Below the pieces are notes generated by a model. That model was not told the DNA's origin, ran no database searches, and saw only the letters and a program-made list of their open reading frames with translations. From NCBI GenBank assembly GCA_964016885.1, contig OZ024742.1:325004001-325068000 (forward strand): a stretch of DNA of 64,000 nt, given 5' to 3'. Positions 13,872 through 24,550 of this stretch are shown piece by piece (the stretch's first letter is position 1; each line of letters opens with the position of its first letter). The stretch comes from Eledone cirrhosa (lineage: Eukaryota). A program made the translations under genes and the position numbers.

Positions 13872-15370
13872 AAAAGGGAAGAAGACGCACGAGGTGACGG
13901 AGGTCATGAAATCGCTCCCGTAAGTTTTGAATTTTTAACATATTTAAACCATTTGTGAAATAACAACTCTTAGCACAAATGCTACGTAAAGCACCCGGCT
14001 TGAGCCCCAAAAAATTCGGACCCAAAATATATTGTTATAAGGCTCAAATATTCAAATATTCAACTTTGTATTGTACACTGTATATCCAAAAAAAAAATGG
14101 CTATAAATGGAAGAAGAACCCCTCCCCTCCTCTCCTCTGGCTACACTATATAGGACAGCTAAACTCACCAACACCAGAAACTAGATACACCACCCACCCC
14201 ATCATATGTGTACACTAAACACAACAGCCAGATAACGACACATTTTCACCTTCACCGCCACCGCTCACTACGGCCATCATTACCACCACTATCCCATCAC
14301 CGCCGCCACCACCCCTTGACTCCGCTACAGCACCATCACTACAGTAATACGGTCACATCACCGCCACCACTGCCTCGGTATCGACATCACCACCACCACT
14401 GTCTCAGTATCGCTAACGCCGCCAGTCTCCCACTTCCCTGCTGGCTGCTACTCCCACATTATAGAATTCCTACTACTAACAAAGAGGAAGGCATCAAAAT
14501 ATATAGATAGACCCAAAAGAAAAAAGAAAAAACAAACAACAAAACCAAAGCAGCACAGCAACAACAGCAAAAAACGAGAAAAACAAACAGAGAAAAACAA
14601 AAACAAAAAAAAAGAAACCCCCAAAACGTAAAGAAAATATATTGTTATAAGGCTCAAAACGTAAAGAAAATATATTGTTATAAGGCTCAAATATTCAAAT
14701 ATTCAACTTTGTATTGTACACTGTATATCCAAAAAAAAAAAAAAAAAAAAATGGCTATAAATGGAAGAAGAACCCCTCCCCTCCTCTCCTCTGGCTACAC
14801 TATATACGACAGCTAAACTCACCAACACCAGAAACTAGATACACCACCCACCCCATCATCTGTGTACACTAAACACAACAGCCAGATAACGACACATTTT
14901 CACCGCCACCGCCACCGCTCACTACGGCCATCATTACCACCACTATCCCAGCACCGCCGCCACCACCCCTTGACTCCGCTACAGCACCATCACTACAGTA
15001 ATACGGTCACATCACCGCCACCACTGCCTCGGTATCGACATCACCACCACCACTGTCTCAGTATCGCTAACGCCGCCAGTCTCCCACTTCCCTGCTGGCT
15101 GCTACTTCCACATTATAGAAGTCCTACTACTAACAAAGAGGAAGGCATCAAAATATATAGATAGACCCAAAAGAAAAAAGAAAAAACAAACAACAAAACC
15201 AAAGCAGCACAGCAACAACAGCAAAAAACGAGAAAAACAAACAGAGAAAAACAAAAACAAAAAAAAAGAAACCCCAAAAACGTAAAGAAAATAAGAATGA
15301 AGAGAGAAGCAGGCGGACGGACAGAGAAGAGGGGGGAAAAAGTAAAACTAAAAAACTAAAACTAAGTCAG
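13872..15370. repeat. Unclassified module with a near-identical internal tandem duplication of about 650 bp
   Basis: 14026-14660 repeats at 14670-15292 (twin ORFs 14208-14510 and 14862-15164, offset 654), with a short extra duplication at the junction. Homolog at 19607-19962. Confidence 0.85.
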
Positions 15371-15399
15371 ACATTCGAACACTACATTACAATGAAACT

Positions 15400-18300
15400 T
15401 ATGCTTATTCATTTCTGGGGCCCTTTCTGCCTGTGTGTTTGTTTGTTTATGTGTGTTCGTATACAGCGTCGTGATAGTGCCACACAAGGGCCAAGTGGGA
15501 TGGCGGACCCACAGATGGCTATGTAAACATACATTCGCCAATCCTCGATAAGAGTGTTTAAATATCGAACATAAACAGTTCGAATAACGGTGAAATGGAG
15601 ACTAGAACGTCATGTGACAGACTCTCACCCAACAGGTGCCCCCTGGCTCAGCAGCAGGAACCTGACTGTCAACCAAATACTGCTGATGTTGGAGGAAGGA
15701 GAAGAAGGAAAGGGGCCAGAACCAACTGGACGAAAGAATTGAATAGAACTGTTATGCAATGCTACCTGAAAAGTAACCCCAAGGAGAGGGGCTACAGGAG
15801 ACGGATGCATAACATCTGGAACGAGATTGGTTTATTTAAATTAGATGAACAAAAATTGGCCGGGCAGGCTCGGGTAATAAGAACTAATGGGTGGATAAGC
15901 GAGCTGGAACTGGAGGAAGTGAGCAGAGAGAATGGCTTGGAGATGGCGGGTGTAGTATGCCAGACAAGCGAGCCGGTGGGAAATGAAGGTGAGGAGGTCC
16001 TGAGAACGGAGGAACCACCCGAAGCAGACAATGATCTGAGTACTGAGATAAATAATACCTGGAACAGAGATACGGCCACTGAGGAGATGAATGCTGACGG
16101 GCTAGGAGAAGATTCGGTTGACATCCTAAATTTAGTGGTAGATGAATTGAACAATGATAGTGGGAGACCTATGAACCTAAGATTTGTAGACAGGAAAAAG
16201 TTAAAAGAAACAACAGCTAAGGTAAACAAAGTCATCCCATACCTTGAGGCGAGGAGCCTTCACCAGTGCAACAATATCCTCAGAGCAACAGCAAATACGG
16301 TGAGGAAACTACTTGGTATAAAAGCGAGAGGAAACAACAGACAAGAAAGAGCAGAGCCGTGGTGGAAGAAGCGACTGAGTGGGCAAATCGGGGAAATGAG
16401 AAATGACATAGGAAAGCTTGAGTCACTACTGAATGGGACACTAAAAAACATAGGCACTAAAAATAGACTGGAAATAAAATACAAAACTAGGAGTAAAAAG
16501 CTAAATATTATCATAGAGGAATTGAAGCAACGCATTGTAGAAAAGAGTGCAAAAATCAGGCGATACGAGAACAGAGTCAGTCAGTATAAACAGAACCGCA
16601 TGTTCGACAACAACCAGAAGATGCTGTTTGGACAGCTTGAGGGCAAAGAAAGAGGCAACGACTTGATCCCTGGGGCGGAGCAAACTAAAACATTCTGGAG
16701 AGGAATATGGGAGCAGGATGTTAGACACAATGCCCAGGCAGGGTGGATTGAGACAGTACAGAGGGAGATCGGTGAGCAGGCACAGCAACTGACTGATTTG
16801 AGTATCACAGTTGAAACTCTTAAGGGACAAGCCAAAAAACTAACCAACTGGAAATCGCCAGGCCCAGATGGTGTGCAGGGGTATTGGATTAAACATCTAA
16901 CATCCCTCCACCCGAAGCTGACGGCCATGTTCAATGACTGCTTGGTGTCGGGTGAGGTGCCAGAGTGGTTGACAAAAGGTACCACAGTTCTGATAATGAA
17001 AGACCGAATCAAGGGTAATGATGCTACCAACTATAGACCTATCACATGTCTGCCCGTAATGTGGAAACTGTTGACGAGCATTGTGTCTGAGGAAATCTAC
17101 CATCACCTCCACACAAACAACTTGTTACCGGACGAACAGAAAGGATGCCGAAAGAAGTCACGCGGTACAAAGGACCAGTTGCTTATTGATAAGATGGTAA
17201 TGGGGAATTGCAGGAGGAGACACACTGATCTTGCCATGGGATGGATAGACTACAGAAAGGCATTTGACATGGTGCCTCATTCCTGGATCACCAAAAGCCG
17301 CCTGGAGATCTTCAGGGTGGCGGATAACATCAGACAGTTGCTAGGCAGGAGTATGGGGTCCTGGGAGACAGAGTTGACATCAACTGGAGTATCCTTGGGA
17401 AGCGTGAAGATCAAGAGAGGTATCTTCCAGGGAGATAGCCTGTCCCCTCTGTTGTTTGTCCTTGCCCTGATGCCCTTGACCATTATGCTGCGAAAAGTGA
17501 GAGCAGGATACAAGTTGGGAAGGGGAGAGCTTACCATCAATCACCTCCTCTTCATGGACGATCTTAAGCTCTTCGGGAAAAGTGAGAAGGAGTTGGATGT
17601 GCTTGTTGACACTGTCCGTATTTTCAGCAGTGATATATGTATGCAGTTTGGTATTGGTAAATGTGGAGTCATTGTGATGAAGAGGGGTAGGTTGAGCAGA
17701 AGTAACGGGATCCAGATACCAACAGGTGAGATGATAAAGGAAATTGACTCTGAGGAAGGATACAAGTATTTGGGCGTTCTGGAGGCTGATGGCATAAAGA
17801 ACAAAAAAATGAAGGAATTGTTAAGAACTGAATACATTCGGAGAGTAAGGAGCGTATTGAAGTCACATCTGAACAGCAGAAATGCCATAAGCGCAGTAAA
17901 TTCCCGAGCTGTGTCTATTATTAGGTACAGTGCGGGAATTCTGAGATGGAATGTTGCTGAACAGAAAGAAATGGATAGGAAGACTAGGAAGCTATTGACT
18001 ATCTACAACATGTTCCACAAGAGGAGTGATGTCGATAGACTCTACCTAAGGAGATCTGAGGGTGGAAGAGGTCTTATCAGCATAGAGGACTGTGTTCAGA
18101 TGGAGAAAAACAACCTATACAGATACGTGACCTATAGTAAGGAGCCAATGCTCAGAGCTGTACTGAAGGAGGGGACAGTAGGCCAGGGGATGTCCAGGGA
18201 GGAAATAACATCAAGGAGGAAGAGCAGCCTTAAGGGAAAACCCCTTCATAGTACCTTCTTTGAGAAAACTGAATTTAGAGAGCCACAGACATTGAACTGG

Positions 18301-19076
18301 TTGAGAAGAGGAGACCTCAAAAAGGATACAGAAGGAATGCTAATGGCTGCGCAGGAGCAGGCCCTCAAAACGAAGTGGTTGAAGCCCCATATCTACAAGG
18401 AGGAGGCCAGCCCACTGTGCAGGATCTGTGGAGAGAGAGAGGAGACTGTGGCTCACATTGTGTCCGAGTGTAAACACCTAGCCCAGACCCACTATAAGGG
18501 CTGGAGACACGATGTGATGGGCAGGGTGATCCACTGGCACCTGTGCAAAGTAAACAATCTACCACATTCTGAGAAATGGTATGAGCATAGGCCAGAGGCG
18601 GTGATGGAGAACAATCAGGTGAAGGTGCTGTGGGATTTTAGGATACAGACGGACAAAAAACTGGAACACAATAGACCTGACCTGGTGGTTGTGGACAAAG
18701 AAAAAAGATCGTGCCTGATTGTGGATGTGGCCTGCCCGTTCGACACGAGAGTGCAAGAGAAGGAGAGGGAGAAAATTAACCGATACCAGGACCTAAAGTG
18801 GGAGGTGAAAAGGATTTGGAACTGCCATGAAGTCAAAGTGATGCCGATTGTCATAGGCGCACTGGGGACTATCTCCAAAAGTTTCCAGGGATGGTTAAAG
18901 AAAATCGGCCCCTTCACGCTTTTTGGAACGCTTCAAAAGGCATGCTTGCTTGGAACAGCAAGAACCCTCCGATACGTCCTGAATATCTGAGGCTGCAGGT
19001 AGTGGCTTGATATTCAATCCAACGGACTTTCCAGTTAACCAACATCAATGACTGAGATTCAAGGAATAACAATAAC

Positions 19077-19107
<31 letters not shown>
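15400..19107 (+). mobile_element. Full-length R4/Dong-clade non-LTR retrotransposon (family A)
   Basis: Single RT+RLE ORF, 3'UTR of about 75 bp, (AAT)n tail 19065-19107. The 5' boundary is uncertain. Confidence 0.85.
15595..18990 (+). CDS. Reverse transcriptase / restriction-like endonuclease polyprotein, intact, 1131 aa
   Basis: Myb-like N-terminus (WTKELN..VMQCY). RT motifs KSPGPDG, NYRPITCL, QKGCR, WIDYRKAFDMVPH, GIFQGDSLSPLLF, FMDD, YKYLG. CCHC finger CRICG..ETVAHIVSEC, RHD, RLE motif RPDLVVVD..IVDVACP..EKINRY. Confidence 0.95.
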   Translation: METRTSCDRLSPNRCPLAQQQEPDCQPNTADVGGRRRRKGARTNWTKELNRTVMQCYLKSNPKERGYRRRMHNIWNEIGLFKLDEQKLAGQARVIRTNGWISELELEEVSRENGLEMAGVVCQTSEPVGNEGEEVLRTEEPPEADNDLSTEINNTWNRDTATEEMNADGLGEDSVDILNLVVDELNNDSGRPMNLRFVDRKKLKETTAKVNKVIPYLEARSLHQCNNILRATANTVRKLLGIKARGNNRQERAEPWWKKRLSGQIGEMRNDIGKLESLLNGTLKNIGTKNRLEIKYKTRSKKLNIIIEELKQRIVEKSAKIRRYENRVSQYKQNRMFDNNQKMLFGQLEGKERGNDLIPGAEQTKTFWRGIWEQDVRHNAQAGWIETVQREIGEQAQQLTDLSITVETLKGQAKKLTNWKSPGPDGVQGYWIKHLTSLHPKLTAMFNDCLVSGEVPEWLTKGTTVLIMKDRIKGNDATNYRPITCLPVMWKLLTSIVSEEIYHHLHTNNLLPDEQKGCRKKSRGTKDQLLIDKMVMGNCRRRHTDLAMGWIDYRKAFDMVPHSWITKSRLEIFRVADNIRQLLGRSMGSWETELTSTGVSLGSVKIKRGIFQGDSLSPLLFVLALMPLTIMLRKVRAGYKLGRGELTINHLLFMDDLKLFGKSEKELDVLVDTVRIFSSDICMQFGIGKCGVIVMKRGRLSRSNGIQIPTGEMIKEIDSEEGYKYLGVLEADGIKNKKMKELLRTEYIRRVRSVLKSHLNSRNAISAVNSRAVSIIRYSAGILRWNVAEQKEMDRKTRKLLTIYNMFHKRSDVDRLYLRRSEGGRGLISIEDCVQMEKNNLYRYVTYSKEPMLRAVLKEGTVGQGMSREEITSRRKSSLKGKPLHSTFFEKTEFREPQTLNWLRRGDLKKDTEGMLMAAQEQALKTKWLKPHIYKEEASPLCRICGEREETVAHIVSECKHLAQTHYKGWRHDVMGRVIHWHLCKVNNLPHSEKWYEHRPEAVMENNQVKVLWDFRIQTDKKLEHNRPDLVVVDKEKRSCLIVDVACPFDTRVQEKEREKINRYQDLKWEVKRIWNCHEVKVMPIVIGALGTISKSFQGWLKKIGPFTLFGTLQKACLLGTARTLRYVLNI

Positions 19108-19577
19108 GAGCTGATATAATACTGAAGGACTTTAAAAAGAGGGTATGCCTGCTAATTGATATGTCCGTTCCAATAGACAAGAATGTATCTATAAAAACAT
19201 TTGAAAAATTGGGCAAGTATAATTGGAAAAATGTGGAAATTGAGAACTAAAACAATACCAGTGGTTGTAGGCGCTCTATGAATGATACCTTAGGGGTCTA
19301 ATGATTACTTATCGCAAATCCCAGGAAACCCGCGTATAGGAGAAATACAAAAGATAGTACTAATGGGAACTGCCCATATACTAAGGAAGATTCTGTCAAT
19401 ATAAGTACATCACAAGTCTAAACACTAAAGATGCATGTGTGAGTATGTATGTTCTTTCTTGAACATGGCGCACCTTGTTGTCTCTTGAGGTCACTGGTTG
19501 TGACTTGGTGATAACTCGTATGAACATAAAGCAAGATAAATGCAACAGTAATAATAATGATAATAATAATAATAATA
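19107..19577 (+). mobile_element. 5'-truncated copy of Dong family B (RLE end, 3'UTR, (AAT)n)
   Basis: Aligns with 24047-24530, with an internal deletion of about 18 bp and a TGA in place of GGA. Confidence 0.9.
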
Positions 19578-19606
19578 TCTGAGCAGTTAAATAACATCAA
19601 TGACTG

Positions 19607-19962
19607 AGACGCACAAGGTGGTAGAACGTCACGAAATTGCTCCCGTAAGTCTTTTGATTTTTAACATATTTAAATCAATTGTGAAAGAACAATTCTTAGC
19701 ACAAATGTTGCATAAAGGCACTGAATGAGGTCCCATAAAGTTTCGGATCCATATTATATTGTTGTATCGCTCAAATATTCAATTTTGTATTATATATTTT
19801 GTATTCAAAAAAAGAAAATGGTTATAAATGGAACAAAATACCCTCTGTCTACACTATATAGAACAGCAACAATTTCAATTTCACCAACACCAGAAACTTG
19901 ATACACTACCTATCCCATCACACTAAATATAACAGCCAGATAACGACAATTTCACCAGCATC
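19607..19962. repeat. Diverged copy of the 13884-14250 module
   Basis: Shared gacgcac..gctcccgtaag..ttttaacatatttaaa..cttagcacaaatg..caccaacaccagaaact..aacagccagataacgaca. Confidence 0.85.
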
Positions 19963-20539
19963 ATAATAATAATTACTATTATTATTGTCTCAAATTTTAA
20001 AAAATGTTTAATTCAAATTTTACGGGAATATGTCAACACAAAATATAATAAAAATATATATTAAACATACGAACACAAACTCATAGATACTATATCAGTA
20101 ACCACAACACCACCGCTGCCACCACCCCGCCACATCCATCATCGCCGCCACCACTCATTCAATGCTACTGACACTATTCCCCTGTTAACTTGAGAGAGAA
20201 AAGGGAAGGTGGCGGTAGCACTAGTCAAGAGAGAGGCTAGCAAAATATATAAATAGATTGACTTGGTGACCTTGCTACGGCCAAACGTCTACATCAACAA
20301 TTATGGGACTGCTGGCTCACCCCTTCCTCACCAACAATATAAAAAGCCCCGGCACCACCACCGACATAGCCAACAACAATAACAGCCAACTACAACAAAA
20401 AGTATATTATATTATTGTAATGCACTGGGTGATTGCTGGCCTTGTGCCTGGAGTGGTGACAATTATTAATAATTTCATTCTTAACCCACGCAATGCTCAC
20501 ATTAAGGAACCGCTCATGATAATAACAATTTAAAAAAAA

Positions 20540-23500
20540 CAACAAAAAGAAAACCCCGTGACCAAGAAATACCGGGATGGCGGCCGGCGGGGAATAGCCA
20601 TGTCTCTAGGGGAGAACGACCCCTCTAGTCTTGGTTGACACTCGTTCTAGAAGTGGTAACACGAAATGATTACCCCTTGGCGGATAAGGATAAAACGCGA
20701 CAAAATAAGTAAATGTCTAATGATAAAATCTCATACCGGATCGGCCGTCACCCGGGTAAAAAAGGGCCGCGTCCCTCAGAGAGGAACCAGACTGGGGTCG
20801 AAAAATCAGCTAATGGTTCAAACCTTCCCATCACTTCGGAGCTGGAGACCTCCCATAACCGGAATACTCCTACTGTTGGCCCTCCATGCTCACCACCAAG
20901 AAATCCAAAGAAAAAGAGAGAAAAATGGTCAAGGGAAGATAATAAAGAAGTCCTTGAGGCTTTCTACACTGCCATGTACTACCCATCAAATACATCGAAT
21001 ACAGAACAAACATATATCAACTGGAAAAAGAAACATCCCGAAAACAGAAGCTATATTGACAGTAACAAACTAGCCAATATACGAAGAAATATTGTAAGAA
21101 AAAAGTTACTAACTGATATAGAAATTGATCAGATCAAGCTAGTAGCACAAAGTCAGCGAAGGGAAAATGAAGCATGTGTCAGTGAAAACGAGGTAAACTG
21201 TAACACTTCGAATCCCAGGGTTGGGGCGGAATCACTGGCAACAGAACAAATTAAAGAAAGGAGCGAAAAAGTGGAGGGAGTGCATGCTCAGGATGAAACT
21301 CCAAATGAAAATAATGAGATCGTAAATGATAAAGAAATGAATGAGAATGAACTTGCCAACTTGAAGGATGAAATTATGATCGAATGGATGAAAATGAAAG
21401 AATCTGACATGGGGCAACGAGACACCCTCCCTAAGATCCAGAACTCCAAACAGGACCAAAAGATAATACACAAGACTAACATAATTCTCAAAAACATTAT
21501 CATCACAAACAAACTAAACATTACTGACTTCAATCATCTCTATTATGCATCGGCTAAAGTCACCACTCACTTATGTGGAGTGAAGATGAAAAAACAAAGG
21601 AATTCCCACAAGAAATCTACTTGGCAAGATAACATCAATCGCCAAATAAACCTTCTCCGATCTGACATAGAAATGTTAACAAACTATAAAGTAGGTGAAC
21701 ATGTTAAACAAACTAAACTTAGAAAATTGAAAAAAAAGTACAGTATAAGATCAACATGTGACATAGACATGCTGATAGAAATAATTAAGCAAAAAGTGTC
21801 GGCCAAAGCTGCTCGTATAAGGCGCTTTGAAAAACGATCTAGATTCTATAAGGACAATAATATGTTCAAAAACAACCAAAGAAACTTCTACAGAAAAATT
21901 GGTAAGTCAACAATAACTGCTAAATCAATACCACCCAAGGAGGAAGTGCAAGAATTCTGGGAAAAGATCTGGGCCGAAGAAAGAGTTCATAACATACATG
22001 CCCCATGGATAGACAGACAAATGAAAGAAACAGCTCACCTTGAAGAACAAACATGGGAAAATATAACAGTTGAACAGCTGCGCTTGGCTCTAAGAAAAAC
22101 CAGCAAATTGAAATCCCCAGGAAAAGACAAAATACAAAACGTTTGGTTAAATGCCTTCACAGAGTCTCATGAGCTGTTAGCCCAACTTTACAATGAAATA
22201 GTTAAGGAGCCAGAAAAGATACCATCATGGCTAGTTAACGGCGTTACATTCCTGCTACCGAAGAATGATGAGACAAACAATCCCAAAAATTACAGACCGA
22301 TAACCTGCTTAACCACAATGTATAAAATTTTAACATCAGTCCTAACTGAATACACATATGACCACCTGATAACAAATGACCTATTTCCCATTGAGCAGAA
22401 AGGGTGTAAACGAGGCTCATATGGCTGTAAGGATCAGCTTCTGGTTAACAAAATGATACTGGAAGATTGTCATAATAGACACAAAAATCTATCGATTGCT
22501 TGGATAGATTATAAAAAAGCATTCGATAGTTTGCCACACAGTTGGATTGAAAAATGTTTAGAGATTTTCAAAATATCCCCCGTTGTCAGGAGGTTTTTGT
22601 CATTCAGTATGAGGACATGGAGAACGACACTCCTTTTGAATAGTGAAACAAAATCACTGGAAGCTGGAGAAGTTAACATTAATTGTGGAATTTTTCAGGG
22701 TGACTCTTTATCACCGCTTTTATTCTGCATCGCACTTATACCATTAAGTAAAATGCTCAATGAAACAAAACATGGATATAGAGTCTATGACAAAACCATT
22801 AATCACCTGTTCTACATGGATGACCTGAAACTATTTGCAAAAAATGATGAACAAATGCAAGGGCTATTATCCACTGTGAAGCAGTTCAGTGATGACAATA
22901 AAATGGAGTTTGGACTGGATAAATGCGCCAAAGCAACGTTCACCAGAGGAAAGCTGCTGAAGAGTTCAGACATTAATCTTGATCGGGGGAACGTGATAAG
23001 AGAGCTTGATCAAGAAAAAACTTACAAACATCTAGGTGTTTGTGAAGGAGACGGAATCAAGCACTCGACAATGAGGGAAAGGATAAGGAAGGAATGTTAC
23101 CGCAGAGTAAGAGCAATCTTAAGAACGGAATTGAATGCAAGGAATAGGATCGATGCCATAAACACGCTTGCCATAACAGTAGTAACCTAGTTACAATGTC
23201 ATCAACTGGTCAAGCACAGAGATCCGTAGGCTCGATACAAAAATCCGAAAATTCTTAACCATGCACAGAATGCATCACCCTAAGGCAGACATAGATAGAA
23301 TATATCTCCCTAGGAAAGAAGGAGGACGTGGGTTAATCCAGTTAGACATTGCGTTAAAAACTGCAACAGTTGGATTATCCACATATCTAAGGGAATCACA
23401 TGATTGGATGATCAAACTCGTTTTGAAACACGAAAGCACCAAAAGACCATATTCCATTACAAAAGATGCACAAAGATACAGTAATGGACTACAAATTTCA

Positions 23501-24501
23501 GAAGTCCCATTTACTGCTGAAATGGAAAACACAGAAAAAGCAAAGCAGGTAAAAGTAACTGCAAAGAAAGAACTGCTACAGAAACTGGCTAAGAAATGGC
23601 AAGAAAAGCCTCTGTATGGAAAATACCCAGAGCGAGCTAACAATCCTGATGTTGACAAAACTTTAACCCATCAGTGGTTGGCATCCTCTGGACTGAAATC
23701 GGAGACTGAAGGACTGATTATATCGGCACAAGATCAGTGTCTGCCAACAAAAAATTACCAAGCCAACATAATAAAAAATGGGTGCAGCCCATTATGCCGT
23801 GTATGCAAAAAACAACCAGAGACCATTGACCATATAATTTCAATGTGCAGTCCTATAGCTCCAACCGAATACCTAAACAGGCATGACAGAGCTGCACAAT
23901 ACATACATTGGATAATGTGTAAGCATTTTGACCTGCCCCATCAAAAGAATTGGTGGGAGCATCAACCACCTCCCATACTTGAAAAAGATCACATCTCAAT
24001 CTTGTGGAACTTTAGCATCCAAACAGACCGAAAAATAGATGCAATTAGACCTGATATAATATTGAAGGACTTTCAAAGGAGGGTATGCCTGCTAATTGAT
24101 ATGTCTGTTCCAATAGACAAGAATGTATCTATAAAAACATTTGAAAAATTGAGCAAGTATAAGGACCTGGAGATAGAAATTGGAAAAATGTGGAAATTGA
24201 GAACTAAAACAATACCAGTGGTTGTAGGCGCTCTGGGAATGATACCTAAGGGGTCTAACGACTACTTATCGCAAATCCCAGGAAACCCGCGTATAGGAGA
24301 AATACAAAAGATAGTACTAATGGGAACTGCCCATATACTAAGGAAGATCCTGTCAATATAAGTACATCACAAGTCTAAACACTAAGGATGCATGTGTGAA
24401 TATGTATGTTCTTTCTTGAACATGGCGGACCTTGTTGTCTCTTGAGGTCACTGGTTGTGACTTGGTGATAACTCGTATAAACATAAAGCAAGATAAATGC
24501 A

Positions 24502-24539
<38 letters not shown>

Positions 24540-24550
24540 TAACAATAATG
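20540..24550 (+). mobile_element. Full-length R4/Dong-clade non-LTR retrotransposon (family B)
   Basis: Structured 5'UTR, RT+RLE coding region, 3'UTR of about 140 bp, (AAT)n tail. Confidence 0.85.
20713..24361 (+). pseudogene. RT/RLE polyprotein split by one frameshift near 23187
   Basis: ORF 20713-23190 (YMDD, GIFQGDSLSPLLF) and ORF 23261-24361 (CRVC..HIISMC, RHD, RPDIILKD..KLSKY). Restoring 2 bp in gtaacc-tagttac gives VVTYSYNVINW in frame. Confidence 0.92.

Noticed and set aside
14208-15164. Twin 100-aa His/Pro-rich ORFs
   Set aside because: They come from degenerate (CAC)n sequence in a tandem duplication, start at GTG, and are not conserved in the 19.6-kb homolog.
15625-18917. Antisense ORFs over the Dong A coding region
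   Set aside because: Shadow frames of a GC-richer CDS with no recognisable motifs.
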